This document shows positions 20,367 through 29,044 of a stretch of 64,000 bases of DNA, in pieces. How positions within the stretch are numbered: the first letter of the stretch is position 1; each line of letters starts with the position of its first letter. The DNA is from a virus (lineage: Duplodnaviria > Caudoviricetes). Location: positions 64,001 to 128,000 of the IMG/VR virus record IMGVR_UViG_3300020577_007160; one strand, written 5' to 3'. Under the pieces are notes generated by a model. That model was not told the origin of the DNA. It saw only the letters and a list, made by a program, of their open reading frames with translations, and did no database searches. Both the position numbers and the translations under genes were made by a program.

Positions 20367-21211
20367 AAAACCTCCAATTGGCATTTTAGCTGACAACTTG
20401 AACTATAAATCCTGTAATACTTTCTTGGGTATAATTGAACTATCTTCAAACCACCTGGAACAACATAATATGTGCCAACATATGTAAATGTTGAATTGTC
20501 TTCAGACCATGCTAAGTGAAAATATTGAGTTGTTGCATGATTATGCCGAACTACAAGACAATTAGAATCTTCATATTTCAATCCAATTAACTCTTCATTA
20601 ACTTGGGAAGAACGATGCTGATACGTAGCTGTTAATGCAGCTGCATTATCAGGTGCAGTATAGAAAACTAATTTAAATATTCCAGTTTGATATTCAATGT
20701 AACCATAATCTAATCCTGTTCCTGAAAAGTTTCCATTAACATCGTCTGAAAATACGACAGGTGCAGAAGAAAAATTAATAGAAAAAGAAACTGATCCTGG
20801 AACAATTTCATCTAACAAGTTTCCTTCATAAGACAATTTTCCAGTCACTCCTGATATTCCAGTAGATCCCCCTGTTACCTGAATTGGGGTAGTAACAGTA
20901 TAATTGTAAACTGCGGTGATATTTGTTGAGTTGTCGGGTGCGGTTGTGAAAGTAAGAGCATATGCTCCTGTTCCATAATTGATTGTACCCGTTACTCCTG
21001 TGCCAGCAAGAACTCCATTACCATCGTCGGTGATAGTTACAGGTGAAGCAGAGATAGTAGAGGTTATTGTCAAAGAAGATGGTTTTATGTAACGACTCGT
21101 AAGAGTTATTGTTCCAGTAAATATTTTCTTTGTTCCATTCGCAGTGGCATCAATTGTTACTGAGGACTGCGCACTATGGGTAGAAAATATTTTAGTTTCG
21201 ATAGTTTTCAT
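20363..21211 (-). CDS. Putative virion structural protein (paralog of 18793..19659)
   Basis: TDDGNGVLAGTGVTGTINYGTG and TTAPDNSTNIT shared, including at the DNA level. Confidence 0.65.
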   Translation of the reverse strand: MKTIETKIFSTHSAQSSVTIDATANGTKKIFTGTITLTSRYIKPSSLTITSTISASPVTITDDGNGVLAGTGVTGTINYGTGAYALTFTTAPDNSTNITAVYNYTVTTPIQVTGGSTGISGVTGKLSYEGNLLDEIVPGSVSFSINFSSAPVVFSDDVNGNFSGTGLDYGYIEYQTGIFKLVFYTAPDNAAALTATYQHRSSQVNEELIGLKYEDSNCLVVRHNHATTQYFHLAWSEDNSTFTYVGTYYVVPGGLKIVQLYPRKYYRIYSSSCQLKCQLEVL

Positions 21212-21244
21212 AAATTAATTATATAAGTATTCCAATTTCCTATT

Positions 21245-21550
21245 TTATATGAAAGTGAATAATTCCTGAAACTCAGATTTATCCAAGAGTACCGTAGTAT
21301 ATAACCCAATATCCCTATAATCAGAAGTATTATTCTCCTGATGAAGATATTTTATCTTCACAAAAACTTCTTCAATATCCCTTTCATAATACGCTATTCT
21401 TACCTTTGATTTTTCCGGAATAGCTGTATCCTGAATAAGTTGAGTAGTGTTGTCTTCCAACACTCTCCACATCGCTATAGGGGAATAATTCACAATTGCT
21501 TTTTGCAATTTCATTGAAGCGTCTTTGTATATTCTTTTTCGTCTTTTCAA
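21245..21550 (-). CDS. Hypothetical protein
   Basis: 101-aa ORF with TTG start. Confidence 0.55.
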   Translation of the reverse strand: MKRRKRIYKDASMKLQKAIVNYSPIAMWRVLEDNTTQLIQDTAIPEKSKVRIAYYERDIEEVFVKIKYLHQENNTSDYRDIGLYTTVLLDKSEFQELFTFI

Positions 21551-21552
21551 TT

Positions 21553-21927
21553 TTAATAATTGTCTAATATAATTTCACCATCATCTACTACTTTTTCAAA
21601 ATCTGATCCACCTTTGTACTCAACATAAAATGTTAAATCATAATCCACTGTTGCTTCCTCAACATCGTCTTCAGAGTAGTATTCGGACTGAATAATGAAA
21701 TGGAACGTATACTTCGCATTATCCACGTCAGATTGAGTTACACCAAAAGAAGTTTTCTTAATTGGGAATTCTAAAAATACTTCTGTTTTCCAATCTGTAC
21801 CCGCAACAAATTTATAATTTTTATCTACCCATTTCAATAATGATAATTTTCTCAATATTGAGATAGAAGATTTTATTAACTTTGACTTAAGAGTCTTTTG
21901 AGAAAATCCGAAAGCACTTTTACTCAT
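21553..21927 (-). CDS. Hypothetical protein
   Basis: 124 aa; ATGA overlap. Confidence 0.6.
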   Translation of the reverse strand: MSKSAFGFSQKTLKSKLIKSSISILRKLSLLKWVDKNYKFVAGTDWKTEVFLEFPIKKTSFGVTQSDVDNAKYTFHFIIQSEYYSEDDVEEATVDYDLTFYVEYKGGSDFEKVVDDGEIILDNY

Positions 21928-22664
21928 CGAGATATCAATACAAAATTATGAACTAAATAAGGATCAAATTTCCATACCTGATTATTCACCTCTTTCAACG
22001 TTGTACCTGAAAAACAATAATCATCTACTACTAAAATTCTTTTGTTTTTCAACAATCTCTCTATTTTTGAATAAGCAGGATTTGGAGAAATAAAATTATG
22101 AATGTACTGCACGAACGGTTTGGGTATCTTTTTGACCTCCAAAGTTCCAGAACGTTTTACTAATTTTAACGTTCTGAGAACGTAGGCTCGGAAAGACGGA
22201 GATATATCAGAATCTAAAAGGTGTTCTAACTGCGAGTAATCAATATTGGAAGAATCTTTAACAAAAATATCATTGTAAAATAATAAGTCAAGATGACGAC
22301 TTCTCAGAAATTTTTCTACTCTTTTCAAAAGTAATGAATTACTTGGAGGAAATAAAACAATATCATATTGACTTAAGTTATGATAATGATTGAATGTTAT
22401 TAATGCTCGTTGTAAAAAATTAGATATTTCTACCCGTATATTCGCAGACTTTTTTATCCAAACTAAGAAATTTGACTTTATTCTTGGACAGGTAGTTTTT
22501 GAGGTCTTGTAAAAATAGAACAATTCTAGACCAGAAATTCTACGCTTACGCAGTCCCTGATCTGGAAATTTTAATGTCAGTATGTCATCAGGTTCATCAT
22601 GGGAATAGTCAAAGTCATAATCTTCTGTTCCAATCCCTGCTCGAATACCCTCTTGATATTTCAT
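21924..22664 (-). CDS. Type I phosphoribosyltransferase-like protein
   Basis: PRPP-binding loop RILVVDDYCFSGTTL; FPPSNS motif. Confidence 0.7.
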   Translation of the reverse strand: MKYQEGIRAGIGTEDYDFDYSHDEPDDILTLKFPDQGLRKRRISGLELFYFYKTSKTTCPRIKSNFLVWIKKSANIRVEISNFLQRALITFNHYHNLSQYDIVLFPPSNSLLLKRVEKFLRSRHLDLLFYNDIFVKDSSNIDYSQLEHLLDSDISPSFRAYVLRTLKLVKRSGTLEVKKIPKPFVQYIHNFISPNPAYSKIERLLKNKRILVVDDYCFSGTTLKEVNNQVWKFDPYLVHNFVLISR

Positions 22665-23174
22665 CTAAATATACGTTATTGTTGCATTGATATTTTCTTC
22701 GTCGAAAGCATCTTCGAATTCAGCTTGGATTTCATCCAAGTAATCATCGTAGACCGAAACTAACCAACACCTTGAAGACTCGTCAAAATCAAACGTATAA
22801 TCAGTTGTTCTCAGGTAATTGCCAATGTAACGATTATCAATACTCGTTGCACCTTTTATTTTCAAACCTGTATGAATAGACGAATTTTCACCAAAAATAG
22901 ATTCTTCTAATCTTATTAATCTACTATTTAGATCTAAATTTTCACCAACAACATTTTTAATAAATCTCTTCGATATAATAACATAACTTCCTGACGGTAA
23001 CTTCAACGGAAGTTCCTTACTCCAATCTGGTTTCTTGTATTCCCCCGAAACGCAATTTGTAGGAATACCCCTACCATTTAATTTTATTTCTCTGGTAGGA
23101 ACTACAGTAGCAATCTTGCCAGTATCTATACCATTGGTAATCTGAACTTTGTCACCAATTCTAAAATTTTTCAT
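22665..23174 (-). CDS. Two-domain protein: KOW/SH3-like N-terminus, internal tag, acidic domain
   Basis: FRIGDKVQITNGIDTGKIATV; internal LNSRLIRLEESIFGE. Confidence 0.6.
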   Translation of the reverse strand: MKNFRIGDKVQITNGIDTGKIATVVPTREIKLNGRGIPTNCVSGEYKKPDWSKELPLKLPSGSYVIISKRFIKNVVGENLDLNSRLIRLEESIFGENSSIHTGLKIKGATSIDNRYIGNYLRTTDYTFDFDESSRCWLVSVYDDYLDEIQAEFEDAFDEENINATITYI

Positions 23175-23177
23175 TTA

Positions 23178-23567
23178 TTAAAAATTCCTAAACAATTCAG
23201 TAAACTTCTCAGAACTATCTGGAGTTAATACAACTAATTTTTTTCTCAATTTTTTCATTATCTCAAGCATGTTTTTAGAACCTTTGGAAGTGCCATCCCA
23301 GAAGCAAATCAATGCATCCGCATTCTTCGCCATCAACATATTTCTTTGAACTCCAGCACTCTTCCCAACACTCCAATCAGGTTCATAAACTTCAAAGGGG
23401 ATATGATTCTCTTTTGCATATCGAATAGCCAGAGAATCCACACCTTTAGCAGCACCAGAAATTATGGTAGTGATTCTCATATTGATTCTGATATCATCGA
23501 GTATTGACTCGATCTCAGGATAATAGTCTGAACCAATAGATCTTGAACCTGCAATTATAACTCGCAT
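23178..23567 (-). CDS. SLOG-superfamily (YspA-like/DUF2493) protein
   Basis: VIIAGSR, IISGAAKGVD, AGVQRN..MA, FWDGTSKGS.NM. Confidence 0.85.
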   Translation of the reverse strand: MRVIIAGSRSIGSDYYPEIESILDDIRINMRITTIISGAAKGVDSLAIRYAKENHIPFEVYEPDWSVGKSAGVQRNMLMAKNADALICFWDGTSKGSKNMLEIMKKLRKKLVVLTPDSSEKFTELFRNF

Positions 23568-23581
23568 TTAAAATAAAACCC

Positions 23582-24514
23582 TTATGATTCTTTATAATAT
23601 CGTTTTCTACCTTCCCCAAGAAGAAGGTTATTATATTTACGTTTTTCACAAAATGCTGATTCAATATTATTGATAGATAAATATGGAAACGGAGAATTAG
23701 ATTCCCTATATGCTACTGATTCCCAGTCTTTGCCAGTCATATTTTTTATGTACTCAAAATACTGAGCCTGAGAATCCGTAGTAGATTTTATTAATTTTGA
23801 AAAAATATCATTTGAAGTTTTCTGAAGATCAAAAGTTTCAGTAATAGATTTCAACGTTCCTGGACCAACTGTACACAGGTCATGATCGTCTAACATGTTG
23901 TTCTTAAAGAAGAACGGACGACAATATGTTAAATCCTGAATAATCTCGCCACCAAGAAATTCCCCAATAAGTGGAACATTCGTTATCTTTAACGTGGCTT
24001 CTCGGAGAGAAGAACAGTTACGAAGATCCTCCGTTATCTTCCCAATATTCTTGGAAAAAAACTGCAACATCAATAAAAACTGAGCATGCTTATCCTTCCG
24101 ATAAGAAGGATCATATTTCATCTGAGTAACAGTATAAGCCGAATTCCAAATACTGATTCCTTCCTTGATTTTATTATCAAGGATATCTTCATAATACTTA
24201 TGATCATAATTATCAGGATCCATTACTCCTAATAATTGAGAATAAATTGTATCAAGATTGAATATTCTTCCTGAAACAATATTGAAAAGTTTTCTCTCAA
24301 AACTCAATAATGTATTGTGACAAATAGTCTGAATGATCTTCAGAGAAACCCTATCCAATTCTCGATAAATATTACAGAACTTATATGTTTGCAATATAGG
24401 ATTATCAGTCCATGGTGCAGGGGATTTCAATACTGACTTCTTATACCATATCAGCTGACGATCATATATGAATTCAAAAAACTCTACTAATTTAGTATTC
24501 AACATAATATTCAA
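23582..24514 (-). CDS. aGPT-Pplase1 / 5-hmdU DNA kinase helical-domain protein
   Basis: F..FIYDRQ.IW.KK...PWTDNPIL..YKFCNIYRELDRVS, IGEFL..EI..DL, VGPGT, IE..FCE..KY. Confidence 0.78.
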   Translation of the reverse strand: MNIMLNTKLVEFFEFIYDRQLIWYKKSVLKSPAPWTDNPILQTYKFCNIYRELDRVSLKIIQTICHNTLLSFERKLFNIVSGRIFNLDTIYSQLLGVMDPDNYDHKYYEDILDNKIKEGISIWNSAYTVTQMKYDPSYRKDKHAQFLLMLQFFSKNIGKITEDLRNCSSLREATLKITNVPLIGEFLGGEIIQDLTYCRPFFFKNNMLDDHDLCTVGPGTLKSITETFDLQKTSNDIFSKLIKSTTDSQAQYFEYIKNMTGKDWESVAYRESNSPFPYLSINNIESAFCEKRKYNNLLLGEGRKRYYKES

Positions 24515-24831
24515 AATATTTTAATAACAGGCTGACCACCAAGAAACCATATCCGAGAATTGACATTCCCATAACGAGCATACATTCTATGAAGATATGG
24601 TGCATCCTCACCTTCAATACCCCGACTGTGAAGATACTCTAAGAACTCGGATAAGGGGATATGTTCCTGATAAAGGTAATGATCTACTATGGAACTCTTA
24701 TCCCGCACCAATCGAATCAATTCATTCGTCAATAAAACATATTCTTCAGTGGAAATAGTAACTGAAGAATATTTTGAACTCAGTTTCTTTGAAGTAGACA
24801 TTATTAGAAGTAATAAATATTTCCAGTACAA
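24511..24831 (-). CDS. Hypothetical protein (start may be the downstream Met, MSTSKK)
   Basis: ORF track; co-oriented with neighbours. Confidence 0.55.
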   Translation of the reverse strand: MYWKYLLLLIMSTSKKLSSKYSSVTISTEEYVLLTNELIRLVRDKSSIVDHYLYQEHIPLSEFLEYLHSRGIEGEDAPYLHRMYARYGNVNSRIWFLGGQPVIKIF

Positions 24832-24836
24832 AATAT

Positions 24837-24877
24837 AAAAAGAGGACTCTCTAAGAATGCAGCGTAGAAAGCCCTCT
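24837..24877 (-). terminator. Rho-independent terminator
   Basis: Minus strand AGAGGGCTTTCTA...TAGAGAGTCCTCT-TTTATA; 13-bp stem with G-U pairs that only form on this strand. Confidence 0.65.
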
Positions 24878-24932
24878 CTGGTCTGTAAAACACTGGGGAA
24901 TATTTTACAGATAACACCATTTTATGATTCTA

Positions 24933-25904
24933 TTAATTCAGAAGAAGTTCATTTCCTTCATATTCGTCTACCAACATATCGTCGTCACTCAAACTCAATG
25001 CTGGTAAAAGCGTTTTATTGAGAGAACGCTTACAATACGATAAAGCACGATTCATCATAAAATTTTCTGATTTATAAAACAACCGGAATAATCTTTGATC
25101 TTCATCCTTTACCTTTCTCTCCGATGAGACGTGGTTAGCGTAGTAGGTAACTCCATTGAACAATCCCCACAGGTTCTCCCCCTTACTCTTCATTTCACTC
25201 TCTATGCACTCGAGAAGCACTCCTATTTTGTTTTTAGCACGAGTACTCATACTCTCAATTGACTTCTTCTCCGGCATCCATAGAATGTGTTTCACAATTC
25301 CCTCGGACATTGATTTCTTTTTCTCACCCACCAATGGTGTTGAAGCAAAGATATCATAAACCTGATTCATTATGTTGTTCTCTGTTTTCAAAGAATTAAA
25401 TAAATCTTTTCCTAATTCGAGTTTATTCTCAAACAACTGATCATGAGTGACTCGAAAATTTGTTTCTTTCAATAAGGACGGAAATACATTTTTACAAGAA
25501 GCAACTCTCTCGGTAAGACCAAATCGGATAGCAAAGCCAACCCGATGATGAAATAGGGCAAAAACTCTTTTTTGAATCTCATCCCCTGAATTTCCTATTT
25601 TATGAGAAAACTCAGGAATAACCTGAGAGAATAAAACATTCTTTGTTCCACCATCAAAACTATATGCTTTCTCAATTTCCGTGCTTACAGAAAAGAGAGA
25701 CTGAACAAAATTGAACACGGTTTCATTCTGAATCGGTACATACCGATTACCACAGAATCCGAGTTCAACACTATTATCAGCACGTACCAAAGCTGACATG
25801 TCTTTGGACACTGTAGAATGCCCATTGTGGTTGAAGTGCATCGGTACTTTATCTACCTTGAAATCCAATGCACTTCCTTTGAAATCAAATAAGTTGTTAC
25901 TCAT
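24933..25904 (-). CDS. DUF932/DUF945-like phage protein
   Basis: LDFKV.K.P, ALVRADN..LG....Y.PIQNE..F.F, R..C.N, NLWGLFNGVTYYANH. Confidence 0.75.
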   Translation of the reverse strand: MSNNLFDFKGSALDFKVDKVPMHFNHNGHSTVSKDMSALVRADNSVELGFCGNRYVPIQNETVFNFVQSLFSVSTEIEKAYSFDGGTKNVLFSQVIPEFSHKIGNSGDEIQKRVFALFHHRVGFAIRFGLTERVASCKNVFPSLLKETNFRVTHDQLFENKLELGKDLFNSLKTENNIMNQVYDIFASTPLVGEKKKSMSEGIVKHILWMPEKKSIESMSTRAKNKIGVLLECIESEMKSKGENLWGLFNGVTYYANHVSSERKVKDEDQRLFRLFYKSENFMMNRALSYCKRSLNKTLLPALSLSDDDMLVDEYEGNELLLN

Positions 25905-25950
25905 ACCAACAATCCTCTAAAGTTTTAAGAAAAATTTTACTAACGATGAG

Positions 25951-25974
25951 AAGAACGTAACAACTTTCTTAAAA
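25951..25974 (-). promoter_or_regulatory. Putative promoter TTTTAA-N11-CGTTCTT
   Basis: Motif copy upstream of the DUF932-like gene. Confidence 0.6.
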
Positions 25975-26064
25975 TCTATAGAATCATAAAATTTTTCTCT
26001 CAACATCTATTTTCAGTCTCTCACGCTCGCGCGTAATAATTGATATTAAAATTCTTATAGTTAT

Positions 26065-26139
26065 ACTTAATAAAGAGTTACTTAATAAAGAGTTACTTAA
26101 TAAAGAGTTACTTAATAAAGAGTTACTTAATAAAGAGTT
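26065..26139. repeat. Five perfect tandem 15-bp repeats (ACTTAATAAAGAGTT)
   Basis: Read directly: units start at 26065, 26080, 26095, 26110 and 26125; no spacers. Confidence 0.97.
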
Positions 26140-26569
26140 AACTATATCTATATATAACGCGCATATACACATGAGTGCAATTATAGGAGAATGGTGTTTC
26201 TAAAAGAACTGTATTTAACTCCTATAGGGCTTATAGTAATTGAGAAAGTGTTCAGGTCATCATTTCTATCAAAATAGTAATTTTGGAAGCATAGTAGGGA
26301 TTCTAGAAGGGAATCCGGACAGAACCTTACCGAGAGAAAGAAACCCCCAATTCCGCCGTACCCCCTTTAACATATATGCTTTATATATTTCTATATCAAA
26401 CTTAGAACTTTTTATGAAAACTTGGTTTCTTCCCATATCACTGAATCCTAATCCTGACTTCTACTATCGTTACTAGTGCTCGAAATCATGTTGAACCCTC
26501 CTTGTGACCTTATGATATGTTTCAACGCTTATAGAGCATTCTATTCTTTCATTCAGAATGCAATAGAAC

Positions 26570-27196
26570 TTATTGGAATCTGAATCCCAGTAATCCAAAA
26601 CTCCTCATTCTTCCCAGTGGTGATAGAACATTCCTCTTCCGTATCCAAACACCACCTCCATTCCTCTGATCGCCACTATTGCCCGAAGAGGTGTTGAACC
26701 CTACCGTGGTGACCCAACCACCTTTTCCGACGCTTATGACACGTTCTATGTGCCCAAAGGGCTTATCTGAAAATTTCCAGACAATCAGGTCATTGACTTC
26801 TGGTATGGGTTTCGTTTTGATTGGCTTGATTGTTCTCGCCTTATGAAACCCAACTGCTCTTTTAGGATCTGTGGTATAAATGAACAATTGAGATGCCAGA
26901 GGACTTGGGTATAAAGGAATAGAATCCTTGGAATATTTCAGTTGAAATCTTGCAGTATCGAAACACCAGTATTGACCTGCTGCACAATAAGGTATTGGAT
27001 ATCCAATACCTACTGATTTTCCATACTTCAATCCCTCAATAATATTGTCCCCACCTTTCTCATATTTCCCAACCTGAGAAAGAAGAACTTTTAATGAAAC
27101 TTCCAATAGGGAAGAATCAATTCTGATAGTATATCGTTGAAGTTGTGCTGATGCTGATATACTAAACAGTAAGAATAAAAATATATACTTTATCAT
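26570..27196 (-). CDS. CHAP-family endolysin with Sec signal peptide
   Basis: Start moved to ATG 27196 (ATGA overlap): MIKYIFLFLLFSISASA|Q; PYCAAG, GHIERV, TVGFNTS, GGGVW.R.R. Confidence 0.8.
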   Translation of the reverse strand: MIKYIFLFLLFSISASAQLQRYTIRIDSSLLEVSLKVLLSQVGKYEKGGDNIIEGLKYGKSVGIGYPIPYCAAGQYWCFDTARFQLKYSKDSIPLYPSPLASQLFIYTTDPKRAVGFHKARTIKPIKTKPIPEVNDLIVWKFSDKPFGHIERVISVGKGGWVTTVGFNTSSGNSGDQRNGGGVWIRKRNVLSPLGRMRSFGLLGFRFQ

Positions 27197-27654
27197 TTTG
27201 AGGATGTGGAATCTTGAAATTGATTTTGATATGTTGAGTCTAGCATATTGATGGTATTTGATGATGAAGATTTCAATCCTGACCATTCACTCTGCGTAAA
27301 GCAATAACCAACCACTACGCACCCAACAGCAACACAAACTCCGAGAAAGATCATTCCAGGAAAATTTGAATTTTCTTTACTGTAGTTCTGACGACCAACA
27401 CTAAAAATAGCAATGTTCGTTAAAAATATGCAGAGACAGACTATAGCAATAGCAAACTGAAGAGTATTGACGACTTCCTGTTGTTCTGCTAATTTACCAA
27501 AATAGAATGCACCATAGAGAAAAATAAATATCGTTAAATTTCTTGATAAGAAATTTATAGCATAACGTAAGTCAATAACCTGTGCTTCAAAAGTTTCTTC
27601 AACAAGGGCTTTTACCTTTTTTGTAAGATTTTGTTTTTCTTGAGATTCTGACAT
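27193..27654 (-). CDS. Holin-like membrane protein (about 3 TM helices)
   Basis: Three hydrophobic segments; immediately upstream of the lysin. Confidence 0.55.
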   Translation of the reverse strand: MSESQEKQNLTKKVKALVEETFEAQVIDLRYAINFLSRNLTIFIFLYGAFYFGKLAEQQEVVNTLQFAIAIVCLCIFLTNIAIFSVGRQNYSKENSNFPGMIFLGVCVAVGCVVVGYCFTQSEWSGLKSSSSNTINMLDSTYQNQFQDSTSSK

Positions 27655-27667
27655 TTTAACTGCCTTT

Positions 27668-28345
27668 CTAAAATTTGTAACAATACTGTAAACTGATTTT
27701 ATTATTTGTGGAAATTATTCCATAATCATAACCAAGATAAATGTTTTCAACGAATTCTATTCTTGCACCAACATTTAAATCAATATCTTCTAGCTTCTGC
27801 CCACTTATAGATGTTGAAACATGAATAAAGGTAATTCGGGCTAGGCTCATCCCCAAAGACCACTCTATGCCGATTTTAGAATAACTTGCACCAATGAGTG
27901 GATTGTATTCAAAATCAAAAATTTTATCTTCAAAATCTAAGATTGTAACAGTAGAATCTTTTTCTAAAGAAGAAATTTTTATTGGGGATGCTTTGAAAAT
28001 TTCAGGAAAGAATCCAGAAGGGGATTTTTCTACTATAAGAGTAGTTGGATTAGGGATAGTACCTGCAGAATCTGGAGGATGAGAAATACTAATAATTTTT
28101 TCTACATTTTTAGAATTATTGTATTTTAATTGTATTAGTTTTTTATCCTTATCAAGAATAGTTATTTCATTTTCTCTTTTTGGTAACGATATTCTTGGAA
28201 CATTAGATTCCTTTGGATTTGCACTTGGGGGATCTTTTGAAGTGCAACCAGAACAATTCTTAAAAATAACTCCAGTTATTATAATCAATGCTATAATAGC
28301 TAAAGCAAATCTAACCTTATAAAATATATCTTGAAATGATAGCAT
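27668..28345 (-). CDS. Membrane-anchored protein, possible spanin equivalent
   Basis: N-terminal hydrophobic helix followed by Cys; C-terminal amphipathic beta-strands ending YCYKF; sits in the lysis cassette. Confidence 0.45.
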   Translation of the reverse strand: MLSFQDIFYKVRFALAIIALIIITGVIFKNCSGCTSKDPPSANPKESNVPRISLPKRENEITILDKDKKLIQLKYNNSKNVEKIISISHPPDSAGTIPNPTTLIVEKSPSGFFPEIFKASPIKISSLEKDSTVTILDFEDKIFDFEYNPLIGASYSKIGIEWSLGMSLARITFIHVSTSISGQKLEDIDLNVGARIEFVENIYLGYDYGIISTNNKISLQYCYKF

Positions 28346-28642
28346 TTAGTTCTCGTTAGATTCTATGATTTCAAGATATAGAGTAGAAGTTATTTCAGAA
28401 CCTGTTATGGTAATTCGAGGTGAAATTCTTACCCCAAATTTTTGACTCAGTTTTCTTAATTCGTCTTTGAATGTTAATAAACGATTTTCTTCTTCCTCTT
28501 TTTTAAGACGATTTAATTCTTCTACTAATTGTTTCCTACGATCAAGAATAAGTTCCTTATTTTCTTCTATCAAAATATCTGGAGATAATGGAAGAATAGA
28601 AGTAGTAGATTCTTTCGCATGTTTAAACTTATTTTCTGACAT
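28346..28642 (-). CDS. Hypothetical coiled-coil protein
   Basis: 98 aa; AAAGGA SD. Confidence 0.6.
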   Translation of the reverse strand: MSENKFKHAKESTTSILPLSPDILIEENKELILDRRKQLVEELNRLKKEEEENRLLTFKDELRKLSQKFGVRISPRITITGSEITSTLYLEIIESNEN

Positions 28643-28669
28643 GATTAAAATCCTTTGAGTGGTAAATTC

Positions 28670-29029
28670 TTATAATTCTGCTATTTTAAATTTTATAGAT
28701 TGTTCATCTGAATTTATGATATAATATATATTCAGATAAACTGATTTTTCTGACCGAACAAAATCTGCTTTTAATCTACTAATATAGATATTACGTATAT
28801 AACTCTTAAACTTATCTCTTATATTTAAGTAGTATAAATATGCTATTTCATTGATACTATAAATGTTCCGTTGAAGAAACATATCTTCGTCAATACCATA
28901 ATTAGGATCTACGATTCTTGTAGTTATTGGAACTCTGAAAAACACTTCAAATTGATTCACAGGTTCTGTGGTAACCGTAGTTGTTTTATCTGAGGCAAAT
29001 TTAAGAGGAAATTTTGTTATGTATGGCAT
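28670..29029 (-). CDS. gp25-like baseplate wedge / sheath-initiator protein
   Basis: FPL, R..DPNYG, size and context. Confidence 0.65.
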   Translation of the reverse strand: MPYITKFPLKFASDKTTTVTTEPVNQFEVFFRVPITTRIVDPNYGIDEDMFLQRNIYSINEIAYLYYLNIRDKFKSYIRNIYISRLKADFVRSEKSVYLNIYYIINSDEQSIKFKIAEL

Positions 29030-29044
29030 AGTAAAATCCTAATA

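Noticed and set aside
26065-26139. CRISPR array
   Set aside because: The repeats are 15 bp, directly abutting with no spacers, and no cas genes are present.
25984-26172. 62-aa ORF with NSLLS repeats
   Set aside because: It is just the translation of the 15-bp tandem repeat; no SD or other coding support.
26240-26476. 78-aa plus-strand ORF, or tRNA/ncRNA genes, in the intergenic region
   Set aside because: The ORF has a TTG start, is on the opposite strand to all other genes and shows no motif. I recognised no cloverleaf or T-loop by eye; tRNAscan/Infernal would be needed to exclude RNAs.
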